This document shows positions 51,935-64,000 of a stretch of DNA of 64,000 nucleotides, piece after piece. A program made the position numbers and the translations under genes. This stretch comes from Botryllus schlosseri. Taxonomy: Eukaryota. The notes beneath the pieces are model-generated. The model saw nothing but the letters and a program-made list of their open reading frames with translations, was not told the DNA's origin and made no database searches. The stretch's first letter is position 1; each line of letters begins with the position of its first letter. Location: the NCBI GenBank assembly GCA_051294905.1, contig CM119372.1, positions 39,558,001 through 39,622,000 on the forward strand. Direction: 5' to 3'.

Positions 51935-52807
51935 CTGGAAAAAGAAGGGATTGTAGATCATATCTATTTCTTCTCACAGGAGAGCTAAAGACTCAAATTG
52001 GAGAATGTGCTGTGTTTGTCTGAGCTTATGAGCTATCATTTATCAGTACTATCATAACTACATGCCAGAAACATATCGCCATATAATGATTCGACTCGAG
52101 CAGTCAGAAACGATTTTTTTTCAAATGCTGAAATGATACATTACACACCAATGAGAGTTAATTTAAAATTGAGAATTATAGTACCGAAACTATTTCCCGC
52201 TGCGGTAGGCTATATATCTTGATTGTTCGCATCGCAGCATACGATACATGTAGCGCAAAGATGCGCACGTTTGTGAAAATTATATATCACAGTGAAGACG
52301 TGATCCCCCACAGCATTGTCACTAAGTGCAATGAAAAAGTTATTGTCATCCTTAATGTGATGCAGAACAGGTATTATATTCTGCCAGATGCCAGCCATAC
52401 TTTTGTATGCAGTGTGTCAAAACATCAACGACTACGGTATCGAACATTTTCATGCGAACTTCGCATCATCTGTGTCACGACTTATGGCTACTTCAATGAC
52501 ATTTCAGTGATTTTACTGCCACACTTTATTTAATGCAATGCGGGGTTCACAGGGTCATTTAGTCAAGGGAAGTTTATGGCTACTGCGATGAAAAATACAG
52601 ATTTATCACAGCGATGAAGGGGTAAATCTAGCGTGAGAACAGACTTGTACAAAGTCGCTAGTTGAAGGTCAACTAACTACTCTTTCTGAGTAGTTCTACT
52701 TCTGGTCGAGGATCTTGAAACGTGAATAGTTACATTTGTAGATTTTGAGAAGTCAGTAGTTCTAGTCCTAGTCTTAGTTGCGAATTTCGAAGTTAGTTGT
52801 TCTAGTT

Positions 52808-53543
52808 CAGAGGTGGGCAACCTTTTTGCTATTCACTGCTGCATTTCGATTATTGATGTAGCCCACAGCCGCATTACAGTGCATAAGCCGTAATGAACCA
52901 AGTGGGCGCCAAACACTCGTGTCAAACTGTCTATTTCCGGTGAACTCCGGACTAATCTGCTTTCTCATATCAGCTTACTATACGCACCGACATAGCGAGT
53001 GGCCATGTTATGAATAATGACCGGGACCGTTGACCCAGCAGACACCCAAGCTTTTAGGGCAAATCTAGCTCAATTATCGTGCAACGGTCATCTGTCTTGT
53101 GCAAATATTACCTCTAGGCTAGTTATAACAGCAACAAAATGTCTTTTCTTGAAAATAAGATCAGACTATTCATGTAGAAATTGGGCAGACTTTTATTTGA
53201 AAGCGATTTCTTTAGCAGGGTAGCTGCATTTCTCGAAATTCCGCGTCTTTGATTTGATATGAACGAGTGCCGAAAATCCATAGCCGCCAATATTGCTGAT
53301 TGCGAATATAATAATAACGCGTACCGCTTCCGACGAGACATTGGGTATGATCGCAACATAAATGACCAAAAGTGAGAAACATAGTTTTAAATGAGCATAT
53401 AACGTCTAGCCTAGTCATTTCCATCAAGCAGCTCATCTTTATAAGTTATTCCGGAATACTGGTTGTGTATATCAAATGAGAAAATAAGTTTTTGCAAACG
53501 GCCGCACAAATTTCCTTCTACGGCAGCAGGTTGCCCACCCCTG
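52808..53543. mobile_element. hAT-type MITE inserted in a TCTAGT-rich array
   Basis: TIR CAG(A/G)GGTGGGCAACCT; perfect TSD ttctagtt. Confidence 0.9.
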
Positions 53544-53765
53544 TTCTAGTTCTAGTTGCAAGTTTTGAAATGGAGTAGTCCTAATTCTAGTTCTAGTTGC
53601 AAGTCTTCAAAAGTGAGTAGTTTACGTTCTAGTTGCACGCACATCTTGAAAATCTAGTACTTCTAATTTCTGTTCTAGTTGCAAGTCTTGAAGAATGATT
53701 AGTTCTAGTACTAGACTGCAGTTTTGAAATTGAGTACCGGTAGTTCTAGTTGCGCATTTTGAAAA
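53544..53765. repeat. Degenerate minisatellite (gtagttctagttgc..ttttgaaaagtga); related arrays at about 52670-52807 and 57940-58262, and inverted at about 29530-29710
   Basis: Repeated TTCTAGTTGC(A/G) and TTTTGAAAAGTGAG units. Confidence 0.75.
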
Positions 53766-53794
53766 TCTGCAGGCGACAGATTTTATCCACTTAC

Positions 53795-53922
53795 TATTTG
53801 CATCATTGTCAAATACTTTTTCCACCAGAGATACTTCTGCATGTGAGGACCGATGGCTGACATCCCGTAGTAGAAATACATGATGACGTGGATGAACGAA
53901 TTGATCATACCAATGAAGAATG
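53795..53922 (-). CDS. ELOVL4: ELOVL4-like elongase exon ([43 protein letters not shown])
   Basis: 128 nt; ccttttag| and |gtaagt; ELO motifs NxxxHxxMYxYY and TxxQ. Confidence 0.96.
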
Positions 53923-54251
53923 CTAAAAGGTGAGAGACAATAAAGAATATATCGAGTTCTTGTCAGGTTCAAATCACCGTCCATGTAACTCTTGAGGAAA
54001 TCAGGGATTCATAATATACTCACTCTAAACACGTTTATTCAAACAGATAAAAGACAGTTTCTGGGCCTATTTTTCAATTTTCAGTCCTGACACACCGAAC
54101 TTGAATAAGTCATATAGAAGGTGTCAAGTCATGCGCATTGCGCAACGACTCGAGTCTATACACAAATTGACTTGAGTCGGGTCATTTTCGATTTTCAACA
54201 AAACGAGTCGAGTCAAGTTGCAGTCCTGGTAGAAGCATACCCAACTTGAGT

Positions 54252-54762
54252 ACGGTACACCAGAGAAACTTTGAACAATTTTTAACAATTTCGCTTTATA
54301 TTATGGAAATGCTTGAGTGCAGGGGAGTCCAGTTTTGTGTTTTTCTGGGGTTATGGAGCAAAAATTGTATTTAACTAATCCAAAATCTTCATGGTCATTG
54401 GTCATATATATGCATTGCATTTTTGTAAATTATCCGTGTATAAAAGTTATAACGGCAGGTGGGGTAACTTCGGACAATGTAGTTTTTTTGTATGTCTTTA
54501 CAGCTCATTGCTTATGAAACCTTTTAAATGAAGCTTTTTTGGGAAGACTTGATGAGAGCAGCAAGGCTAAAATGAGACAAAACAGTATATATCTGGACTA
54601 TTGCATGATTTTGGCAGTGAAATGAATTCACATTTCATTGAGACTACTAGTGGTACTGTTGCCTCATGCAAAAGAATCGGACATCCAGCGGCAACCCCGT
54701 CAATATAACAATAACCATTTAAATGTGTTGTTAAATGTCCAAAATTATCCCCAGTTTACTGT
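54252..54762. mobile_element. Older, internally deleted, oppositely oriented copy of the 55504-56789 element
   Basis: 54265-54612 is a diverged reverse complement of about 56440-56775; 54613-54760 is a diverged reverse complement of about 55505-55670. Confidence 0.75.
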
Positions 54763-55503
54763 GCTGGAATCAAGATTGCACAATTATTTGTGAATCGATG
54801 CGATGAAGTAACATATATGGATGGGTTGACCATAAACTACAAATCAAATGTTTAAACACGCAGTGCTGATGCAGTGTCAAACGATCGAGAGTGTGCAAAC
54901 ATACTAATTTGCGCACAAGATAAGAACGTGAAGCTAACCTACTTATCAGAGTTACGTAACTGGAAAGATCAACCATTGGTAGGGCGGGACCATTTTTTCG
55001 AGTACTGAAATTAGAAATTGCTTGTCCCCAAGAGTGAATTACCCAACCAGAATTATGGTTTTAATACTATTTTCCACTATAGATGCCTTGAAACCTCAAT
55101 TGGTCGTATCGCAGCATACGAAACACGTAGGCTACAGAAAACTACACCAGTTTAGTGAAAAAGATGTAACTGTGAAGCCATGATCGGCCCACAGCATTGT
55201 AACAAAGTGCAATGAAGTTTGTATGGCGTTAAAATATCAGATAATTTTCGATGTGATGTAGAGCTGGCATTATATTGTTTGTAGTCGAATATAAAGTACA
55301 TATTTCAACTTAGCACATCATCCATACTATCGTGACGTGTTGATCAGTGACTACCAGACTCAAACAAACAAAACAGAATTGACACAGCAACGGCCGCATT
55401 GCAATGCTAGTAAATGTTTTCAGATATACGTGATTTTCTTATTTCACACTGGCCGTTACATCATCCCTTTACTTTGCTTGCTCATAAATTATTGTAACTC
55501 ATA

Positions 55504-56789
55504 CCCGTAAACCGGGGTAACTTTGGACTTAAGGGTGACTTTGGACACTAAGCAGTAAAAGATTTAAATTGTTATTGATGGAAAAGGGTTGCCGCTGGAT
55601 GTCCAATTCTTTTTCATGTGGCAACAATACCAGAAGTAGTCTCAATAGAAGGTGGATTCATTTCACTACCAGATAAACTTGACCCAACATTGATAAATTA
55701 ATGGCGTGGGTCAATTTCATCAAAATTAATGGCCATTAAACTTCTTACAATCAAACATGTGATTCATAGATTCAAAACTTGGCAGCAGATACCTCTAAGC
55801 AGTCTTAATCCATGGCAAAAATCTCAGTGGGCTCACCCTTAGATCAATACAAGAAAATGTGATGTCCAAAGTTACCCCGTCAAATTTTATCAGAATGGGG
55901 TAACTTTGGACAGTGTAAAATGTGATATTTAGAGCTCTGGAAAGTGGCTGCTTCATCTGTGTCAAAGTGTATGGTCAACTATATTCCTTATTACCGGCCT
56001 GATGGCTTTTCAAAATGGAATGAGAAGGTTAATAAATTAGAGTTTGCCAAAATATGAAAAAATGGGTAGGCAATGAGCTGAGAGATTGCAATCGGGTGTA
56101 AGCTACTTCAAAAACTTATCACATACTCCTAAAGATGCGCCTGCTGAATATGGGATATCGTAAATTACAACAAATATATCCATCAGAGGAGATAGGAAAG
56201 GGAAAGTGTATCTTTTAAAGAACAGTAATATATTTGAAATCGGCAATAAATCACGTTAACATGTTTAACGTTTGCTGTTGATTGCTGACACTGCCAGTGG
56301 GATATCCCTTATCACCGTATGTTATTTATAAGTTCCAATTGGCGGAGGCATGAGGGAAAATTGAGATAAGAGATGAATAAGGGCCCATCATAAACTGCCT
56401 AATTTTTTTAGTTTTTTTTGGGGGGGGGGGATTAGGTAAAAATCATGCAATAGGCCAGACATATACTATTTTGTTTCAGTTTTAGCCACTGCTCTCATCA
56501 ACTCCTACCAAATAAGCCTCATTAACGAGGTTTCATAAACAATTGAGTGTAAAGGCATACAAAAAACTACATTGTCCAAAGTTACCCCACATGCAGGGAT
56601 AACTTTGGACACGGATAATTTACAAAAATAAGGTACTTATTCATGACCATGAAGATTTTGGATTAGGTAATTCTAATCTATGCTCCATGACCCCTAAAAA
56701 ACAAAAGACTTGCCTCCCCTGAACCCCAGCATTTCCGAGATACAAAGCGGAATTGTTGAAAATTGTCCAAAGTTACCCCGGTTTACGGG
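55504..56789. mobile_element. Tc1/mariner-superfamily-type MITE
   Basis: Perfect 25-bp TIR CCCGTAAACCGGGGTAACTTTGGAC; TA on both flanks; internal copies of GGGGTAACTTTGGACA. Confidence 0.9.
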
Positions 56790-57668
56790 TACAGAAGATA
56801 TTTAGATATCGAAGACTATAAATTTCCACTATACTTCAACTCTTGCTGAAAGGCTTTATTATATACGCCGGATGCATATTGTCTGCGACCACAGGTGATC
56901 AAATTCGTCAGCTCATAAACTGTCGTGGAAGTTAAGTCATAAATTTCTACACAAGCACAAGTAAAGTAAGTATTTCCAAATTATGCTAAAACTAAAGGTG
57001 GGAGTAAGATGAAACTATGAAGTAGCCTACTTGACATACAAAATGGAAAATTCTGACTGAATTGACTTTTCGACCTCGCATTCCGAAACATGCATCATTC
57101 ACTTGTCGGCTACTTTTATGTTATCCCTTCTTTTATCCAGTGTGCATGCCTCTTATTCAACATACTGTAGGACAAGGTGGGTGTCTGATTAAAAGACTAC
57201 TCCAAGTCGTTTTGGCATCATCCTATCTTTTCATTCTATCGCAATCTTCTGGTGTGTTGATTTGATAACAATTTTGATGAAATGATGGAACCTCGATTAG
57301 ACGTATCGCAGCATATGAAACATCACCTTTGTAATACAAAGCTACATACCGGCACGTTAGTGGAAATGACATATCTATGAAGTCGTGATCAGGACACAGT
57401 ATTGTCACAAAGTGCAATGAATTGCAAATTATTACTGTAATGTCTTCTCGAGCTGGCATTATATTCTTTGTGGTCACACTCACATCTTCAAGAAAAGTAT
57501 TTCACTTTTCCACATCATTCATGCTGTTACATGAGTGATACTCAACTCGAGGTTCTCGATTTTGCCCAGCCCTACCAATAAGAAGTAGACATCGTTTGAC
57601 ACTAACCATAAAGAAAAATACAGCCCTACATTACAAGGTACCATAGTAAAGAAATGCGGAATACTCAC

Positions 57669-57840
57669 AGTTGCCACCAGCCACATATTTCACTCCCATC
57701 CACCAGTTGATCAACATGGTGGCGTGATGGTAGACGTGAAGAAACGAGACTTGGTTGAACTTTTTACGCAAAACGAAGAACACAGTGTCGAGAATCTCGA
57801 TGTATTTGGAGAAGAAATACCACCAACACACGCTGGCCAT
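57669..57840 (-). CDS. ELOVL4: ELOVL4-like elongase exon with the histidine box ([57 protein letters not shown])
   Basis: 172 nt; KxxExxDT and QxxFLHxYHH motifs; tacag| and |gtgagt. Confidence 0.97.
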
Positions 57841-59000
57841 CTGTACATGAGCGAGGTACCAATTTTATCCAGTATCGATCAGGCTAGCAATCTGGTTACA
57901 AACTGGTAAGAACTAATACAAGCTACAAATTTACCTACTGCTTTTTGAGTGGTTGCGTATTTTGAAAAGTGAGTGGTTCTACTTCTAGTACCAGTAGTGC
58001 ATTTTGAAAAGTGAGTAGTTATCGTTGGAGATGCGTATTTTCAAAGCCAAGTAGACCTAGTTGCGCATTTTGAAAAGCAAGTACCGGTGGTTCTAGTTAT
58101 ATTTAGCCATTTTTGAAGCAAATACCAGTGGTTCTAGATCTAGTTGCGTATTTCGAAAAGTGAATAATTCTCAAAGTTATAGTTGCGCATTTTGAAAAGT
58201 GACTAGTTGTATTAAAGTTGCTTATTTTGAATTAAGTGAGTAGGTAGCTCTAGTTCTAGTTTCAGTGGCGTATACTCAAGGATGGGATTTTGGGGTTGAA
58301 AGTCATCTCCTTTCAGATCGGATCACATTCCAATAAAATTAAATAATACTGTGTCGCATTGCTTTGGAAATGAATCTATGACATACATTGTAGTTGTATT
58401 ACATTTAGTTACAGATTTTTAAAGGTTGCACATTTTAAGTAGTTAATGCAAGTCTGTTAGCCGCGGATGAATGTTCTGTACCTCCAAGAGTTTCTTTGGG
58501 TAATTTTAGATATTTACTACTTGACTAAGATTTCCAGGGTAAGAAATTCTAAAATTCAAGCAATATGACCACGTGGCTAAGCATTTTGTATATTGGTATA
58601 AAAAGACTGCAATCAAAACAGCGTACCGGTACCAGCAGTAGCTCAATCACCGTAATTTTCCAAGTAGCCTATACTACGCCCCCAAGTATAATACGCACCC
58701 TTAAAATAGCATGAAAATTCTGGGAAAAAGCCTGTTGGCGTACCCATGTATAGTATACACCCTGCATTCACAGTAGGCTACATGAATAGCTGTGTTTTAG
58801 TACGCGATGTTGTTCTGTTTTGCGATGTCACTGTCGAGCAATCATGACATAACCATCGCTCATCATTATGCAATCAACGGGCATTGTCTCTAAACGATAG
58901 TACATAGCAGCCATAGTTCGGGTCAGCGACGTCTTGCGCACGAGGCCTATTACAGATGCGATTGCTAATCATTATACAAGTAACGGTACTGCCTCTATAC

Positions 59001-60098
59001 CAGGGCCGGGCAACATACGGCCCGCGGGCCGGATCCGGCCCGCGACGGCATTTTGTCCGGTCCGCGGGCAGCTTCCCGTCTTACATGATAATCTGGCCTG
59101 CGGCCGATCAGTCTGCCGAGATTCCCCACTACTTGCTTACTACGTCAAATTTTAGCGACTGTATGTTAATATATTCGTGTGTGCGCACTTCGCAGCGTGC
59201 CAGAGTGGAGCTTACTTACCCGTAAGCTCGTCGAAGCGAGAAGACTTGCATTTTCAGCATTTGCTATGTACTTAACCACAATGTTGTCTGTGGTAATCAT
59301 GGTGTTTGTCGACTGCAATTGTCATTTACAGCAGGCCGATATTTCTTATTTTTGATTCCGTAACCGCCAACTGGTAGCACGGCACACGTCCAGGCTTTTG
59401 TGAGACACCGCTTAATAGTTATGCCGATGATATGGCGAGGAGGAGCCTAGATAAACCTCCAAAATTTAGGTAGCAATCCTAGAGTCGGAATCGAACCCAC
59501 AACACATTGGTTATTGTAGCTGTGGATTATACAACTGCACTATCTCGCCACTCACCCAAGCCTAATGAATTGATATCTTGGTAAATTTGGGGTACCGGGC
59601 TTATCGAACAACTTAAAATCTTAATTAAGGATTGCACCATGTGTTGATTGATCAGAGACATAGCGGTGCATGTATGACAGTGGTTCTCAAGCAGGGGGCG
59701 TGCGAGCATCTGAAGGGGGCGCGAAGTCACAGTTAACTGAAAATTTTTTTGCGTTTCGCGCGATATACCACAAGCTCATGGTGTTTACTGTATCTATTGT
59801 CTCAATTTCCATCAATAGCCATAACCTTTAATGCCAATAACCTATCCTTTGGGATGGCTAGCATGGATGGCGCGGAATTTTTCACTGTCAAAAAAGGGGA
59901 GTGTTCAAAAAAGCTTAATCGCATGACAATGCTGTTCTCAAATCCACATTGCTTCGTTAAAATACTATCATTGAATACGATTCATTCCATGTATAATGTA
60001 TATGTGAATAAATGGGCAAATCGATTCACCAATCCGGCCCGCCAAGTACTTAATTTTCCTATATCCGGCCCGCCGACTGGAGAAGTTGCCCGCCCCTG
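59001..60098. mobile_element. hAT-type MITE (CCGGCCCGC motifs)
   Basis: Termini CAGGGCCGGGCAAC/GTTGCCCGCCCCTG; TSD ctctatac/ctctatat. Confidence 0.88.
59405..59552 (-). mobile_element. tRNA-derived SINE head and core fragment
   Basis: Reverse complement has A-box-like tagtgcagttgt, B-box ggttcgattcc and core ggaggtttatctaggctcctcctcgcc, shared with the other SINE copies. Confidence 0.6.
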
Positions 60099-60700
60099 CT
60101 CTATATGATAGTAGATAGCAGCCAAAGCCTGCGAGGCCGGTGACGCGACATCTTGCGCACAAGGTCAGATGCGATTGCTCAGGCCAACGGTTATGTCGAG
60201 CACACCACGCCTGTTGGAGATGCGACTGATTACGCAAGCAATTATATTTTGCGCACATGGCCTGTCGATGAATTAGGGATTGCCTCATTGCCTCGCGCGT
60301 GTTCAGCAATAAATGAATGACCTAATTTTGCCACGGCAAACCAACTCAACAGGAGATTGCGTGATGTGCAGACTACTCGCTTTTTGCTAATTGGTAGCGT
60401 GTTACACTGATAATACGAATTACTGGGCACAATGGCTGAAAGTGATGCGCGATTGGAAACAAACATGCAGAAAGGTGTGATTTCAAGTTTTTTATTAAGG
60501 AAGATTTTTTTCAAGCGTGTTGTTCCCATGTATAATACGCATCCCCCGATTTTAGGGCAAAAATCGTGAAAATTTTGCGGATTATACATGGAAAATTACG
60601 GCAATACAGTGGATACCTGCTTATAAACTTGGCGTAACACACGGAACATCTGCCACTACATACAGCACCAGATGTGTAATCAGTGCAATCCACAACTTAC

Positions 60701-60781
60701 CCTCATTGCAAGCTGGCTGTTGGAATAATCTGCTGGCTGACATAGAAGACTGTAGCTCGATAAGTAAGCAGTCACTGCAAA
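60701..60781 (-). CDS. ELOVL4: ELOVL4-like elongase exon (FAVTAYLSSYSLLCQPADYSNSQLAMR); upstream exons not found in the window
   Basis: 81 nt, phase 0/0; ttttatttcaacag| and |gtaagt; ELO YS..CQP.DYS motif. Confidence 0.92.
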
Positions 60782-61419
60782 CTGTTGAAATAAAACAAAA
60801 TGTATTTTGTTCATCATCATTACGCATCTCAATACAAGTATCAAGTCCAGCAATATAGGTATGCTGATGCATGTGTAAGTTATTATGTCAACATTAAACC
60901 TCTATTGAGAAACTTGTCTAATAAAAGTGGGTCTTATCCTCTAATAACCTGGGAACATTTACCCTAATCTGCAAGTCTTTTGTGGGGATGTCAAAATTAT
61001 GTCCAGTCACAAAAACATAAATCTACCAAAATACATTACCATAGCTTACAGGTGCAAAAAATGGACTGTACATCGATATGATTTGCCCACAGAGCGACAA
61101 CAGGGCCAGCGTAATGAACATTGATTACAAGTCATTGTGATTTCTGTTGTTCCCTTTCAGAGATCAGTTCGAAATGTAACGCTTCCCTTGGAAAGTGTCA
61201 TTGTATTGTTTGGTCGAAACGCAACAGCTTGATACCAATTGTTAAATTATATATGAGCTAATAAATATAGAGATAAAATCGACATTTCAGGAGGACATGG
61301 TTTCGAGTTCGAACCCAAGCCTCCATACTGCACACAACGTACCACCATAACAGTAACAATTCCCAACAGTCATTACCTGCAACCAATTATGGCGAAGACT
61401 GGGGTAGCATCACAAATCC

Positions 61420-62925
61420 AGCGCCCCCTTTCAAAAATTATCGTGCTCCAGCGCCCCCCCCCCCAACTTCATAATGTAAGGAATGTAATAAAGACAATGA
61501 GTAAGAGGGAGGGCACTTTGTCAACCCCCTAAAAACGATTGCCTTGCGCACCCATAGCGAAATAAACCGAACTTCTGAGGGCTTCGCCCCCACGAACCCC
61601 ATATCGTGATTTCGATAGCCAGCAAAGTTTGTGTGGCCTGGTCGACCAAGGTACCAAAATTTTCTATAATTCATGAATGAATAGGTGGTAATTACATATA
61701 TAAGTCGCTATAAACTTTTTATCCTCTCAGCCCACGTAATCAGATTAACCAGTAGCACTGAGTGAGCTGTTGTATAGGAAAATAAAGGGCACGTAATTAA
61801 TAATTAAACATATTCGGGTGTGCCCGCAGGTACAATTATTCGTTACCAGGGCCGTAACAGCACTTCATCAGCCCCCCCCCCCCCCCAAACAAAAAACGTT
61901 GGTCCTGGGCCCCCATCGGGTGATAAACCAAGCTTCCGGGGGACTTCACTCCCAGACCCCCATTAGGCTGTCCTCTATTTGCCTATAGCCTATTAGGTAT
62001 CTACATTGGGTGTCCATTTACTGAGGCAGCTATTCTCGCCTGGTCGCGCTTCAAATTTCACTAATTAATGATTGAATTGGTCAATATCATCGGGAATTGC
62101 ATGTAAATTGAGATTAATTTTTATCCTCTCTCTGCTCACGTAAACACATTTACCGGTAGAGCTGAGTGGGGTGCAATGTTCCCTCTAAGCTGCGCACGTG
62201 CGCAGTGCTGACACGGTCTCTGCGCACAGAAAATCTACGTTGCGCACAACAAATCCGAAGTTACCTTTTTTTAGTCGTTACGCACTGTTGTCCAGGGGTC
62301 AGCGCAGTGAATTAGTTGAGTGTGCGCAGACTCATCAAAACTTAAAGCGAACATTGTGAGGTTTCTTGGAAACTGTAGGGCCCGTTACTAATAATTAAAC
62401 ATATTCGGGCGGGCGAACCCGTTGGTATGACTTCGTTGCATGATGTTATTTCGTGACCCCCTGTCTGCAATATCAAAAAATATAGAATCGCTCAACGGGG
62501 ATAACGCCCAACAGGAATATCCCTGTCGCCCAATCGTACTAAACTAAAAGACGCACACGATTTCAGATTGGTATTTCTTCACTGACATAAGATTTTTCCC
62601 TGCCAGATGGAATTCGTCTTCTGGGGTTCAGATTGCCAAGACAGGAACATTCGGTGTCAGTCATTTAGGCTCCCATGGACAATTAAACCTATATGCATTT
62701 TGAAGGCAATAAGTAACGAAGTTTTCGGTGTTAATTTGCTCTGAATACTCATTAAGGATATGTCCTATCACCACATCATCTACTGTGAAGCCATTTTTCT
62801 CCAGCGCCCCCCATACCGCCCCCCTGAGCCCAGCGCCCCCCATATCGCCCCCTGAGCGTTTCCACCCCCCTTCAAAATTGCCAGCGCCCCCTGGGGGGCG
62901 CTGGGGGCAAGGTTAAGAACCACTG
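61420..62925. mobile_element. Inverted relative of 5403-7010 with one end truncated, carrying nested inserts (for example 62174-62356)
   Basis: 61420-61830 is a diverged reverse complement of about 6570-6985; 62730-62925 is the reverse complement of 5403-5590, ending GGTTAAGAACCACTG. Confidence 0.8.
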
Positions 62926-63322
62926 CCTTAGAGGAACCCCAAAGACTGGTTCAGGGAACACCAGTTTTGAACTACCGTCTTATAAAGACTTGTCTTATAC
63001 ACAGAAGACTTTAACACCTGACGAAGAAGATTTGTAGCGTGATTGATCATTTAGCATCAGTCACAACGATGCGATTTTAATTGGGTGCAATTTCGTGAAT
63101 CTTGTAGAACAGATATGTACAGAAAATTGTAGAAGAAAAAGCGAAATTGCTAACTATAATAAACGAAGTAAAACGTAATGGCCCTTCCTTGATGCAATTT
63201 GCGCCTTAATGTTTAGTGGAAAGGTTAAGATCACTTTTTTCATACTGCACTGTAGAGAAATGTGTATCAATATGCAATACATAGGCCAGGCCTATTACTT
63301 TATTATCACACAGCATCTAACA

Positions 63323-63690
63323 TAGGCTTACCATATTTTGGAAATCTAAAAAGAGGACACTTTTTCAGAAATTTGAGACTTGCAAAACCGGAGAAGAATT
63401 CTCAAAAATCGGTGAATTTTTCCCACTTTGTGATCGGTTGACTAAAAAAAAAGGTCAACTTTTCGCTCAGACCTCAAATCACCGTTTTTCACTTCGAAAT
63501 AACCACCGGAGCGTCACTTCTGTGCTAATTTACGTCATATCACTCGCATTTTGCTCTAAATCTGACCTAAATTTTCAAAAAAGAGGACAAAATCTCAAAA
63601 AAGAGGACAAAAGGGCGTCCTCCGAGGACACTTTTAAAAAATTAAAAAAAGAGGACAAATCCTCTTAAAAGAGGACGTATGGTAACCCTA
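63323..63690. mobile_element. hAT-type MITE with AAAAAGAGGAC repeats
   Basis: TIR TAGG(C/G)TTACCATA; perfect TSD atctaaca. Confidence 0.9.
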
Positions 63691-64000
63691 ATCTAACACC
63701 ACTTACATAGCCTATATCAGATATACTTCAATATTTTGTGACAATTTTGAGCAGAATTTGCAACCTGATGGTGACCGAATTAGTTTTTTTTTCATTATTC
63801 TGACCATAGGCCTATTTGGATCACCAGGTAATTCTAGATGTCTGATTAGAGACCAAGTGAACAAAATGCTGGTAATCTAATTCTAATCTACCGTAATCTG
63901 TGATATGTTTCTATGCTCTAATTTTAATTCCAATATATAATTATTAGGGCCATTTAAATTCATTAAAGTCATATTTTTTCTATGCATCAGTAAGTCGTGA

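Larger units (their letters stand above)
58650..60601. mobile_element. Tc1/mariner (pogo/Tigger-like) MITE hosting the 59001-60098 element
   Basis: TIR CCGTAATTTTCCA/TGGAAAATTACGG; repeated tataatacgca motifs; flanked by CA on both sides. Confidence 0.7.

Noticed and set aside
61290..61325. B-box-like gagttcgaaccc
   Set aside because: No A-box or tRNA fold nearby; at most a SINE scrap.

Overview
AT-rich eukaryotic (animal; the gene and repeat content looks invertebrate, possibly tunicate-like, which is an inference) genomic window made mostly of short non-autonomous DNA transposons. Many have intact terminal inverted repeats (TIRs) and target-site duplications (TSDs), and they are often nested several levels deep. 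Three spliced genes can be read, all on the minus strand. (1) A five-exon fibrinogen-related-domain (FReD, ficolin/tenascin/MFAP4-like) gene at 7609->9, whose apparent signal-peptide start is one base out of frame with the rest. (2) A candidate small secreted cysteine-rich peptide gene at 26748->25716 with twin C-x6-C motifs and a TAG stop sitting exactly on the exon-1 splice donor. (3) The 3' four coding exons of an ELOVL4-like fatty-acid elongase at 60781->51776; its first exons were not found and presumably lie beyond the window. Mobile elements include many hAT-type MITEs (8-bp TSDs, mostly nnnTAnnn), a hAT transposase fragment, piggyBac-type and Tc1/mariner-type MITEs, a 3.1-kb foldback element with a 9-bp TSD, a 6.9-kb EnSpm/CACTA-like element whose empty target site is also in the window, and a tRNA-derived SINE family. 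I saw no rRNA, true tRNA or CRISPR array. Most entries in the ORF track are spurious. All calls come from manual reading; no database searches were run.
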